Positions 1 to 8,595 of a DNA stretch of 64,000 bases are shown one piece after another. The position numbers were made by a program, and so were the translations under genes. Position 1 is the stretch's first letter. The number at the start of each line of letters is the position of its first letter. Source of the DNA: Longimicrobiales bacterium (GTDB taxonomy: Bacteria; Gemmatimonadota; Gemmatimonadetes; Longimicrobiales; Gaopeijiaceae); the NCBI GenBank assembly GCA_963664435.2, contig CAXXKM010000002.1, forward strand, positions 640,001-704,000, written 5' to 3'. The notes below the pieces were generated by a model that did no database searches, was not told the DNA's origin, and worked only from the letters and a program-made list of their open reading frames with translations.

Positions 1-468
1 CAGCCGGCTCGGATAGCCCTCGAGCTTCCCGCCCCGGTACCGGATCTCGGTGAGCAGGCGCCGGTACTCGTCGCGCAGCCTCTCCTCGTTCTCAAGCACG
101 GACGGGTTGTGGAGATGAACGAAGCGGCCCAGCGCGAGCACGTTCTCGACGAAGGTGACGCAGTCGAGTTCCCTCAGGTTGATGACCAGCCGCTCGGGAC
201 CGTCCACCTCCAGTGTCGCGGGCACATACGCGGTGCCCACGAAGGTGACCCCGATGCGTGCCATGGTCTCGCCCAGCGGGCGCAGGTGAAGCTCCTCGTC
301 CCAGGCCCGGGCGAGGGCCGAGCGCACGATGTCCCAGTCCTCCGCCGTCCCCTCGGACATCGCCAGCAGGCGGGCCTCCTCGGCGTCAGACCCGGAATCG
401 CCGGACTCGCAGGATGCGGCGGCGAAAACGGCTGCGGCGACCGTGGTCCATCGCACCAGGCCGTGCAT
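1..468 (-). CDS. DUF1460-family (NlpC/P60-like N-acetylmuramoyl-L-alanine amidase) lipoprotein, runs off window edge
   Basis: Manual translation from ATG 468: MHGLVRWTTVAAAVFAAASC (lipobox-like)...GTAYVPATLE...LVINLRELDCVTFVENVLAL...IRYRGGKLEGYPSRL. TGATG overlap with upstream gene. Not in ORF track. Confidence 0.8.
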   Translation of the reverse strand, partial: MHGLVRWTTVAAAVFAAASCESGDSGSDAEEARLLAMSEGTAEDWDIVRSALARAWDEELHLRPLGETMARIGVTFVGTAYVPATLEVDGPERLVINLRELDCVTFVENVLALGRFVHLHNPSVLENEERLRDEYRRLLTEIRYRGGKLEGYPSRL

Positions 469-2987
469 CAACCCACTCCCGCAGTCGCCGCGCCGGCGTG
501 CGCCGATTCCCCTGGCGCGGCGGCGCGTCGCCGGGGCGGCTTCAACGACCTCGGGCCCCCGGCGTCCCGGATGGCCTTCCACACGTTCGGCGGCGAGAAG
601 GGCAGACGGTCCATGCGAACTCCGGTTGCGTCGTAGATGGCGTTGGCGATCGCGGGGATCGAGGAATGGAGCGGGCCCTCGCCCGCCTCCTTGGCGCCGT
701 AGGGCCCCTCCGGATCGATCGACTCGACGATCAGCGACTCGATTTCCGGGGTGTCCAGGCTCGTGGGGATGCGGTAGTCGAGGAGCGAGGGCGCGTTGTG
801 GAGCCCGGCGCGCCCCTGCGAGGCCGTCTTGAAGATATGCTCCTCCATGAGCGCCTCGGCGAAGCCCATGTAGACGGACCCCTCCATCTGGCCTTCCACC
901 AGCACGGGGTTCAGGGCGCGCCCGCAGTCGTGCGCCACCCAGATCCGGGCCACGTCCACGACCCCGGTCTCGACATCCACCTCGACCTCGGCCACATGGG
1001 CCGTGAAGGAGTACGCGGGCGACGCGCCGATGGTCCCGCCCCGGTAGTCGCCGTGATTGTCGCGCGGGGTGTTGTACCAGCCGGTGGCCCCCAGCGTGCC
1101 GAAGCGCGCCTCGGCCAGGTTGAACGCCTGCGCGATGGGCATCCGGCGCTCGGTGTCCGGCGCGTAATACGCCCATCCCCCGGCCAGTTGTACCTCGCCC
1201 GGACGACACTCCCAGTCCCCGGAGACGGCCTCCCGCACCTTTCGCCGCAGCTTCCGGGCGGCGTCGATGCAGGCGTTGCCGAGCATGAAGGTGATGCGCG
1301 ACGAATAGGCGCCCAGGTCCACCGGGGTGAAGTCGGTGTCGCCGGCCAGCACGCGCACGTACTCGAGCGGCACGCCCAGCTCCTCCGCGGTGATGTACGC
1401 GACCATGGAATCGCAGCCCTGCCCGATCTCCGAAGCGCCGCTCAGCACCGCCACCCGCCCCGACCTGTCCACCTGCAGCTGGATCGCCGACTGCGGCATC
1501 TCGTTGGGATAGACCGGGTAGTTGGTCCCGGAGATGTAGCACGATCCGGCCACCCCGAGTCCCCGTCCCCGGGGCAGCCGCCGGAAGCGTTCCCGCCAGC
1601 CGCTGGCCTTCTCCACCGCTTCCAGGCACTCCAGGAAGCCGTTCGAGGTGACGCGCAGCTCGTTGACCGTGCGCGTGTCGCTGCCCATGAAGTTGACGCG
1701 CCGGAGCTCGATGGGATCCATGCCCAGCCTCTCGGCCAGCTTGTCCAGCTGCACCTCGAAGGCGAAGCGCGGCTGCACCGAGCCGTGGCCGCGTTTGGGG
1801 CCGCACGCGGGCTTGTTTGTGTACACGCGCGTGGAATCGAACCGGTACGCGGGCATGGCGTAGGGCGCGGTGAGCAACTGGCCGGCGTAATACGTGGTCA
1901 CCAGCCCGAAGGACGCGTAGGCGCCTCCGTCCAGCACGACCTGCGCGTCCACCGCCTGCAGCCTGCCCTCTTCGTCGGCGCCCGTCCGGTACTTCATGTG
2001 GAAGGGATGCCGCCCGCGGTGGGCGTAGAACACCTCCTCGCGGGTGTACAGGATCTTGACCGGGCGCCCCGTCACCATGGCCAGGCGGGCGACGCAGAAC
2101 TCCAGGTCGAAGGGCTCGGACTTTCCGCCGAACGCCCCGCCCACGGGCGGCTGGACGACCCGGATGGTCGCGGGATCCAGCCCCAGCACCGAGGCCAGCT
2201 CGCGGTGCAGGTAGTGGGGGACCTGCGTGGCCGACCACACCGTCAAACGTCCGTTCTCGTCGTAGCGGCCGATGGCGCAGTGCGGCTCGATGGGCGTGTG
2301 GGTGGTGCCCTCGAAGAAGTACTCGCCCTCCACCACCACCTCCGCGCCCGCCATGCGCCCGTCCACCTCGCCGAAGCTGAGCTCCACGCGCTTGGTGACG
2401 TTGCCGTTCCGCCCCTCCCGGCGCGGCTCGTGGATGAAGGGACGCTCCTCGCTCCCGTCCGCCGCGAGCGCCTCCTCCGGATCCAGACAGGCCGGCAGTT
2501 CCTGGTAATCGACGCGGATGCGCGACAGCGCCCGGATGGCCGTGTCCTCGTCCACCGCCGCCACCGCGGCAACCCCGTCACCGATGTAGCGCACCCGCTC
2601 CACGCACAGCGGATATTCGTCGGGCGTCCAGGGAATGATGCCGTATCGGACCGGCATGTCCCGCCCGGTGATGACGGCGTGCACGCCCTCGAGCGCAAGC
2701 GCCCGGGAGGCATCGATGGAGAGGATGCGGGCGTGGGGATGCGGGCTCCGCAGAATCTTGCCGTGCAGCATGCCCGGGAGCGAGATGTCGTCGGTGTATG
2801 CCGCCTTGCCCGTGGCCTTGGCCAGGCCGTCCACTTTGCGCTGCGGCTTGCCGATCAGGCGGAAACCGGACCCGCCCCCCGAATCCGGCCTGGACCCGTT
2901 CCCCGAATCCGGCTCGGGTGCGTCTCTCGTTTCCGCCCACAGGGGAAGATCCGCCGGAGCCTGGCCACCTCCCCCGCTATCGCTCAT
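468..2987 (-). CDS. Xanthine dehydrogenase-family molybdopterin subunit, 4-hydroxybenzoyl-CoA reductase alpha-like
   Basis: KVDGLAKATGKAAYTDD, LRSPHPHARI, GGAFGGK, KRGHG, GAYSSR, GQMEGS, GAKEAGEG motifs. Start ATG 2987 overlaps stop of the 2Fe-2S gene (ATGA). Confidence 0.9.
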   Translation of the reverse strand: MSDSGGGGQAPADLPLWAETRDAPEPDSGNGSRPDSGGGSGFRLIGKPQRKVDGLAKATGKAAYTDDISLPGMLHGKILRSPHPHARILSIDASRALALEGVHAVITGRDMPVRYGIIPWTPDEYPLCVERVRYIGDGVAAVAAVDEDTAIRALSRIRVDYQELPACLDPEEALAADGSEERPFIHEPRREGRNGNVTKRVELSFGEVDGRMAGAEVVVEGEYFFEGTTHTPIEPHCAIGRYDENGRLTVWSATQVPHYLHRELASVLGLDPATIRVVQPPVGGAFGGKSEPFDLEFCVARLAMVTGRPVKILYTREEVFYAHRGRHPFHMKYRTGADEEGRLQAVDAQVVLDGGAYASFGLVTTYYAGQLLTAPYAMPAYRFDSTRVYTNKPACGPKRGHGSVQPRFAFEVQLDKLAERLGMDPIELRRVNFMGSDTRTVNELRVTSNGFLECLEAVEKASGWRERFRRLPRGRGLGVAGSCYISGTNYPVYPNEMPQSAIQLQVDRSGRVAVLSGASEIGQGCDSMVAYITAEELGVPLEYVRVLAGDTDFTPVDLGAYSSRITFMLGNACIDAARKLRRKVREAVSGDWECRPGEVQLAGGWAYYAPDTERRMPIAQAFNLAEARFGTLGATGWYNTPRDNHGDYRGGTIGASPAYSFTAHVAEVEVDVETGVVDVARIWVAHDCGRALNPVLVEGQMEGSVYMGFAEALMEEHIFKTASQGRAGLHNAPSLLDYRIPTSLDTPEIESLIVESIDPEGPYGAKEAGEGPLHSSIPAIANAIYDATGVRMDRLPFSPPNVWKAIRDAGGPRSLKPPRRRAAAPGESAHAGAATAGVG

Positions 2988-3493
2988 TCGCCGGTCTCCA
3001 CTCCGCCGGTCTCCGTTCGCAACACCGCGGCCGCCGACTCGACGGCATCGTAGATCTTGGTGTAGCCGGTGCAGCGGCAGAGATTGCCGGCGAGCGCCTC
3101 CCGGATCTCCGTCCGGCTCGGGGAATCGTTGCGCTCCAGGAGGGCGACCGCCGAGCACAGGATGCCGGGCGTGCAGAACCCGCACTGCGCCGCTCCGTTG
3201 AGGTCGAAGGCGTCCTGCACCGGATGCGGCCGCCCCGCGCCGGCGAGCCCTTCGACGGTGCGAATCTCGCGCCCTTCCGCCTCGAGAACCGGGGTGATGC
3301 AGGACAGCTGAGGCTCTCCATCGAGGATGACCGTGCATGCCCCGCAGTCGCCCTTGTCGCAGCCCTGCTTGGAGCCGGTGAGCCCGATGACGTAGCGAAG
3401 CGTCTCCAGCAGCGTGTAGTGCGACGGGACGCCCGGTGCGTAGTCGTCTCCGTTTACGCGCAGGTGAACGATGTAGGTCGTGGCCTTCGCCAT
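2984..3493 (-). CDS. (2Fe-2S)-binding small subunit (CoxS/HcrC-like)
   Basis: GSKQGCDKGDCGACT and QCGFCTPG...GNLCRCTGY motifs. Confidence 0.95.
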   Translation of the reverse strand: MAKATTYIVHLRVNGDDYAPGVPSHYTLLETLRYVIGLTGSKQGCDKGDCGACTVILDGEPQLSCITPVLEAEGREIRTVEGLAGAGRPHPVQDAFDLNGAAQCGFCTPGILCSAVALLERNDSPSRTEIREALAGNLCRCTGYTKIYDAVESAAAVLRTETGGVETGE

Positions 3494-3735
3494 GCGAGTC
3501 CGTCAGCCTCCTGCTTCTTCCGGGCCGCATCGAGCGCCCCGCGGCGCGCTCCGATCGGGGTCGCCCGTCGGACAACGCGCGACCGCCATGCACGAAGTAG
3601 TACCAGGACTTGAGGCGACAGTTCGCTCCTCGTTACTTTCCGCCCATTGGGATGCCCCGGCGGCGATCCGGTAACCGCCATCGCCGACTCCGTGTCCCGT
3701 TCCCCGTTGTCCCCCGCGATCGGAGTGATTTCGCG

Positions 3736-4155
3736 ATGCCATACCCGGAGATGATCGTCGCCCCCATGCGCGCGGAACTCGTCCGCATGGGTTTTCAGGA
3801 GCTGCGCACGCCCGACCAGGTCGATGCGCTCGTTGACGGTGAAGACCGCACCCTGCTGCTGGTCGTGAACTCGATCTGCGGTTGCGCGGCGGGAGCGATG
3901 CGGCCCGGCGTCGCCCTGGCGCTGGAGCACAAGAATCGCCCCGAGATCCTGACCACGGTTTTCGCGGGTCAGGACATGGACGCCACGGCGAAGGCCCGCG
4001 AGTACATCGCCGGCTACCCGCCGTCGTCCCCCTCGGTCGCGCTGTTCAAGGACGGCGAGCTCGTGTACATGATGGAACGCCACCAGATCGAGGGGCATTC
4101 GGCCTACCAGATCGCCGCCGACCTGGGCAGCGCCTTCGACGAGCACTGCGCCTAG
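3736..4155 (+). CDS. BrxA/BrxB family bacilliredoxin
   Basis: MPYPEMIVAPMRAEL, VNSICGCAAG (CGC motif), TVFAGQD, PPSSPSVALFKDG, RHQIEG. Confidence 0.92.
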   Translation: MPYPEMIVAPMRAELVRMGFQELRTPDQVDALVDGEDRTLLLVVNSICGCAAGAMRPGVALALEHKNRPEILTTVFAGQDMDATAKAREYIAGYPPSSPSVALFKDGELVYMMERHQIEGHSAYQIAADLGSAFDEHCA

Positions 4156-4213
4156 CTCCTGCTGCACGGCCATCGCCCGGCTGACGGGCGGCCTGCGCCT
4201 CAGGGGCGACCCT

Positions 4214-5125
4214 TCAGAGGATCGTCTGTCCCAGCGCGGAGGCGATCAGCCCCACCGCCATTTGCGCGGTGCGGTTGCGGGCATCCAGCACGGGGTTGAG
4301 CTCCACCACCTCCAGGCTGAGCAGCCGTCCCGACCGGGCCACCTTCTCGCAGATCAGGTGTCCTTCGCGGAAGGTCAGCCCGCCGGCCACGGGCGTGCCC
4401 ACCCCGGGCGCGATCATGGGATCGAGGCTGTCCAGGTCGTAGGACAGGTGGAATCCGGCGGTGCCCGCGCCGGCTCTGGCGATCGCCTCGTCGACACAGG
4501 GGGCGATGCCGCGCTCGTCGACTTCCGACATGGTGAACACGCGCACGCCGGATGAGATGACGACCTCCCGTTCGGCGGCGTCGATTTCGCGCACGCCGAT
4601 CATGCTCACGTTCTCCGGCCGCACCGCCGGGTGTCTGTCCGCCAGCGACCGCAGGACCTGCGGCCCGTGGCCCGTGAGCACCGCCAGCGGCATCCCGTGC
4701 ACGTTGCCGGAGGGACTGGTCCCGGGCGTGTTCATGTCCGAGTGCGCATCGACCCAGATGAGCCCGACCCTCTCCCGGCTGCGCCCGTAGAAGCGGCTCA
4801 CCCCCGCCACGGATCCGATGGCGATGCTGTGGTCACCGCCCAGCACGAGGGGCATGCATCCCCGCACCAGCGCATCCTCGACCATGTCCCGCGCGCGGCG
4901 GCATACGGACTCGATTTCGGGCAGATAGCGCGCGTGCAGGTCCTGCTGGTCGGACCGTTCGGGATCGGTCGCCACCACCGTTCCCATCTCGCGAATGCGG
5001 TAGTCCAGCCCTTCCAGCATGTTCCGCAGGCCGGCGATACGGATCGCGGACGGTCCCATGTCCACGCCGCGCCGCCCGGCGCCGAGGTCCATCTGCACCG
5101 ACACCAGCGCCAGCTCCTTCACCAT
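4214..5125 (-). CDS. rocF: Arginase
   Basis: GGDHSIAIG, WVDAHSDMNTP..SPSGNVHGMP, SYDLDSLDP, GGLTFREG, VELNP. Confidence 0.92.
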   Translation of the reverse strand: MVKELALVSVQMDLGAGRRGVDMGPSAIRIAGLRNMLEGLDYRIREMGTVVATDPERSDQQDLHARYLPEIESVCRRARDMVEDALVRGCMPLVLGGDHSIAIGSVAGVSRFYGRSRERVGLIWVDAHSDMNTPGTSPSGNVHGMPLAVLTGHGPQVLRSLADRHPAVRPENVSMIGVREIDAAEREVVISSGVRVFTMSEVDERGIAPCVDEAIARAGAGTAGFHLSYDLDSLDPMIAPGVGTPVAGGLTFREGHLICEKVARSGRLLSLEVVELNPVLDARNRTAQMAVGLIASALGQTIL

Positions 5126-5832
5126 CCGCGGAGCTCCTTTCGGCGCGCCTTCCGCGCCAGCTTGCGGCGGCGGGCCGCGTCCTTCGCCCTTTCGCCGGGC
5201 AGCCGCGTGCTGACGTCAACGCCACCCATCAGCGCCACCCCGTTGACCCGCAACACGGGAGATCCCGGATCCAGGGAGGCCGCTGACGCATCCGCGAGCT
5301 CGTCGGGCGTCCGTTCAAACCCTCCCAGGATGCCCGCGCCGCTGCATTCGACCTGAAGGCCCGGCGGAACGATGATGTCCACGCCGCCCCACATGGCAAA
5401 CGCGGTCACCTCGGTGACGCCCGGCCCGAACTCGGCCTCCCGAAAGTCGAGTTCCACTCCTCCCATCAGCGCGAACGCGTACATCTCGCGGGGCGCAACC
5501 CAGGAGCCACCCCGCGTGCTGCCGCCCAGAACGCCCGCCAGGAACTGCCGGGAAGGCACCCTCTCCGGAGGAACCACCTTCGGGGGGAGCTTCGGGCGCG
5601 GGAGGATCGCCGCCTCGCGGCCGCCCCGGTCCGGCTGAGGGAGCGTGCCGGGGATATCGGCCACCAGCGACGCGAGCTGACGAGCCGTGGTCGCCTGGTG
5701 CGCGAGATCGAGACGGCGCTCGAAGTCGTCCATCGACAGGCGATCCTCGGCGAAACGCTCGCACAGTCGGTCGATGGTGGCCTGGCGCACCTCGCTCAGC
5801 CCCCTGCCACCGGCCTGTGGGTCGCTCTTCAT
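5119..5832 (-). CDS. DUF1707 (SHOCT-like) protein with LiaF-like beta-rich C-terminal domain
   Basis: RQATIDRLCERFAEDRLSMDDFERRLDLA N-terminus; FALMGGVELDFREA / AMWGGVDIIVPP repeats. Confidence 0.8.
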   Translation of the reverse strand: MKSDPQAGGRGLSEVRQATIDRLCERFAEDRLSMDDFERRLDLAHQATTARQLASLVADIPGTLPQPDRGGREAAILPRPKLPPKVVPPERVPSRQFLAGVLGGSTRGGSWVAPREMYAFALMGGVELDFREAEFGPGVTEVTAFAMWGGVDIIVPPGLQVECSGAGILGGFERTPDELADASAASLDPGSPVLRVNGVALMGGVDVSTRLPGERAKDAARRRKLARKARRKELRGW

Positions 5833-7008
5833 CTACCTCCCTCCGGACAGAAATCCCCGGCCGAAGTCTTCCAGCACGCGCGCGCACGTCTCGATCTCGT
5901 CGACCGCGATCCATTCGTCGGCGGAGTGCGCCTGAGCAATCGAGCCGGGACCGAAACATACGGCCGGCGTCCCCGACTGGTTCAGAAAGGCGGCGTCGAC
6001 CCAGGCGGTCATGCCCTCGATGGCCGGGTCCCCTCCGCGGCCAGCGATCGCCTTGAGCAATCCCTGCACCAGGGGTGACGCCTCCGGCACCTCGGTGCCC
6101 GGTCGCTCCAGCGTCATCCTCAGGGCGGCGCCTGCCCGTGCCTGCTCTCCCAGCCCCGCCACCACGGCCGCGAGCTCCCCCATCACGGTTTCGGGCGACT
6201 CACGGGGAAGGGTTCGCCGCTCCACCACGACCTCGCAGTGCTCCGGGTAGACCGACGGGGCGGCTCCCCCGGAGATGGTTCCCGCGTGAATCGACCCCCA
6301 GCCCAGCAGAGGATGCGGCGCCCGCTCGAACAGGCTCTCCTCGTATTCCGCCATGGCGACGAGAAACTCGGCGGCGTGCAGAATCGCGTCCATCCCCTGA
6401 TCGGGCCGCGAGCCGTGCGCGGCGCGGCCCGAGAAGCCGGCCTCGACCCAGACGAACCCCTTGTGGGCGGGCATGACCGCGAGCCCGGTAGGCTCGCATA
6501 CCACGGCGGCGTCGGCCCGCACTCCCGATTCGGTGAGCCCGGCCATTCCGGTGCTCGCGTGCTCCTCGTCGGCGGTCAGCGCGACGATGAGTTCATTCGG
6601 CGGACCCCACCGCGCCAGCGCGGCCGCGGCGCTCAACAGGGCCGCCACTCCGCCCTTCATGTCGCACGACCCGCGACCCCACAGGCGTCCGTCCCGAACT
6701 TCCGCGCCGAACGGATCGATGGTCATGCCCGCGACACCCACGGTATCCAGGTGCCCGTTGAACATCAGGCTCCGAGATCCCTCGCCAATGCGCCCGACCA
6801 CGTTGGGGCGGCCCCGCTCGGGTTCCGTCAGCGAAACATCGAATCCCCAGCCTTCGAGCAACTCGGCCGAGCGGGCGGCGATCTCCGCTTCACCGTTCCC
6901 CGAGGCCTCGATCCGCGGATTGACGGACGGCACGGCCACCAGGAGTCGCGCCAGCGCGAGTGCGTCGCCCTCCCGCGCTCGGCTGCGGACGTTCTTCTGC
7001 GGGGTCAT
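5833..7008 (-). CDS. M20 family ArgE/DapE-type deacylase
   Basis: FNGHLDTV, GRGSCDMKGG, ADEE, CEPT, GRAAHGS, AHSADEW. Confidence 0.92.
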   Translation of the reverse strand: MTPQKNVRSRAREGDALALARLLVAVPSVNPRIEASGNGEAEIAARSAELLEGWGFDVSLTEPERGRPNVVGRIGEGSRSLMFNGHLDTVGVAGMTIDPFGAEVRDGRLWGRGSCDMKGGVAALLSAAAALARWGPPNELIVALTADEEHASTGMAGLTESGVRADAAVVCEPTGLAVMPAHKGFVWVEAGFSGRAAHGSRPDQGMDAILHAAEFLVAMAEYEESLFERAPHPLLGWGSIHAGTISGGAAPSVYPEHCEVVVERRTLPRESPETVMGELAAVVAGLGEQARAGAALRMTLERPGTEVPEASPLVQGLLKAIAGRGGDPAIEGMTAWVDAAFLNQSGTPAVCFGPGSIAQAHSADEWIAVDEIETCARVLEDFGRGFLSGGR

Positions 7009-7130
7009 CGCGGAGTCCCGTCCAGGGCCGGATCGTGAGCCCCGATGGCATCAGTTTTCAGTGGCTCCGGCCTGATCATTCCCGGTTTTCCGTTTCCAGG
7101 CGTCCGCCCCGATTCGCGACAGCGCGCCCG

Positions 7131-7196
7131 AGGCACGGGAATTGCTGTCTCCGAGCCGGGTTTGGGGCTCACGGTCGGCGGGGCACGGTTCCTGCT
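7131..7196 (+). promoter_or_regulatory. Two tandem sigma54 (-24/-12)-like promoter motifs
   Basis: AGGCACGGGAATTGCT (7131-7146) and GGGCACGGTTCCTGCT (7181-7196) versus consensus TGGCACG-N4-TTGCW. Confidence 0.5.
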
Positions 7197-7218
7197 GTAG
7201 AATGGCGGCGAAGGCTGG

Positions 7219-7401
7219 TTGGAAAAATGGGATCTGCGACCTGGGGAGGGGATCATCCGAGTCTTTACCGTTGGCCTGCTGGGTGCCGCTGCCGTGGCTA
7301 CCCTTATCCTCGTCGGCACCCGGACCCGCCACCGCACGCGGGCTCGGGATGCCTACCGGCGAGCGCTTACCCCGGAGCAGGTGCGGGAACTGGGCATCTG
7401 A
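7219..7401 (+). CDS. Small single-TM hypothetical protein (60 aa)
   Basis: TTG start after GAAGG; hydrophobic IIRVFTVGLLGAAAVATLILVG followed by basic residues; fills intergenic gap. Confidence 0.5.
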   Translation: MEKWDLRPGEGIIRVFTVGLLGAAAVATLILVGTRTRHRTRARDAYRRALTPEQVRELGI

Positions 7402-7490
7402 TCACCTGACGCCCCGATTCCCCGGCGCGTTCCGCTGGTGCGCCCGCAGGGAGGGGTGAGGGTTCGGCACGGATCGGCCGTCCGGCGCGA

Positions 7491-7724
7491 TCAGCCGAAG
7501 TGGTCCTTGTTTTTCTCGATGTAGTTCGTCCACTCCTCCGGGACATCCGTGTCCGGGAAGATGGCCTGTACCGGGCACTCGGGCTCACACGCTCCGCAAT
7601 CGATGCACTCATCCGGATGGATGAGATACTGATCGTCGGTTTCGTAGATGCAGTCCACTGGACACACCTCGACGCAACTGGCGTCCTTGGTCCCGATGCA
7701 CGGCTCCGTGATGATGTATGTCAT
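7491..7724 (-). CDS. 7Fe/8Fe-type ferredoxin
   Basis: [26 protein letters not shown]...[16 protein letters not shown]. Confidence 0.95.
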   Translation of the reverse strand: MTYIITEPCIGTKDASCVEVCPVDCIYETDDQYLIHPDECIDCGACEPECPVQAIFPDTDVPEEWTNYIEKNKDHFG

Positions 7725-7821
7725 GGTCCCTCCTGAGACTCGGAGTGCCCCCGGGCATGGCGCATTGCCGCTCTCTCCCCGCGGACCCGCCGAGCGTGGT
7801 TCCGGCTCGATATCGCGCTAA

Positions 7822-7850
7822 ATGATGCAGGAAGCCGATAGGGGTTGCAA
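7822..7850 (-). promoter_or_regulatory. Putative sigma70 promoter of ferredoxin
   Basis: Minus strand TTGCAA-N17-CATCAT. Confidence 0.45.
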
Positions 7851-7920
7851 GGACCACGCCCCTCGCCGGGGCCGCGCTTGCGCCCGGCTGTTGCGTCATG
7901 ACCTCACGCGCCGGAGCGGC

Positions 7921-8472
7921 TCACTTCTCCCAGGTCTCGTCCGACACGCCGGCAGCGTGGTTCTCGAGCCGCGCCAGCACGAAGAGGAGGTCCGACAGCC
8001 GATTGAGGTACGGGAGGATTCCCTCGTCGACGGCTTCCGCCGCGGCGAGCGACACGGCGACCCGCTCGGCCCGCCGGCACACGGAGCGGGCGAGGTGCAG
8101 CGTCGCGGCGGCCGGGGCGCCGCCCGGCAGGATGAAGTTGCGCAGCGGGGGCAGGTCGGCGTCCGCTTCGTCCATCCATGCCTCCATCTCGCCGATCCGG
8201 TCGACCGGCAGCTCCGGCACCGGCGGCCGTTTGCGTCCTTCCGCGGCCGGCGCAAGGGCCAGGGAGGCGCCGATGGCGAAAAGGTCCCGCTGGATCCGGA
8301 CCAGCCGGGCGGCGGTGGCCGGAACCCCGGTCTGGCCGCGGGCGAGCCCGAGGCACGAGCTGAGTTCGTCCACCGTGCCGTACGCGTGCAGGCGCGGATG
8401 ATCCTTGGCGACCCGGCCGCCCCCCAGCAGGCCGGTGTCTCCCTCGTCCCCTCGTCTGGTATAGATCTTCAT
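7921..8472 (-). CDS. Cob(I)alamin adenosyltransferase, PduO type
   Basis: MKIYTRRGDEGDTGLLGG, AYGTVDELSS, FILPGG, CRRAER, YLNRLSDLLFVLAR. Confidence 0.95.
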   Translation of the reverse strand: MKIYTRRGDEGDTGLLGGGRVAKDHPRLHAYGTVDELSSCLGLARGQTGVPATAARLVRIQRDLFAIGASLALAPAAEGRKRPPVPELPVDRIGEMEAWMDEADADLPPLRNFILPGGAPAAATLHLARSVCRRAERVAVSLAAAEAVDEGILPYLNRLSDLLFVLARLENHAAGVSDETWEK

Positions 8473-8595
8473 GGGACTTGTGCCGGTGACTGGACAAGGC
8501 ATGATTCGACGCGCTCGCACCGGAGGTCCGTGCACCACGCCGCCCGCATCCACGGCAGAGTATAATACCGGTGCGCGACCCCTGCTCCGGGCAGA

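Noticed and set aside
258..3053. 931-aa + strand ORF and many other long antisense or alternate-frame ORFs (e.g. 13609-15162, 21712-23346, 33070-35118)
   Set aside because: Shadow frames of well-supported genes; stop codons are rare at this GC content and the translations lack motifs.
2988..3593. Apparent N-terminal extension of the Mo subunit to 1041 aa
   Set aside because: The extension overlaps the 2Fe-2S gene in another frame; ATG 2987 with an ATGA overlap is the natural start.
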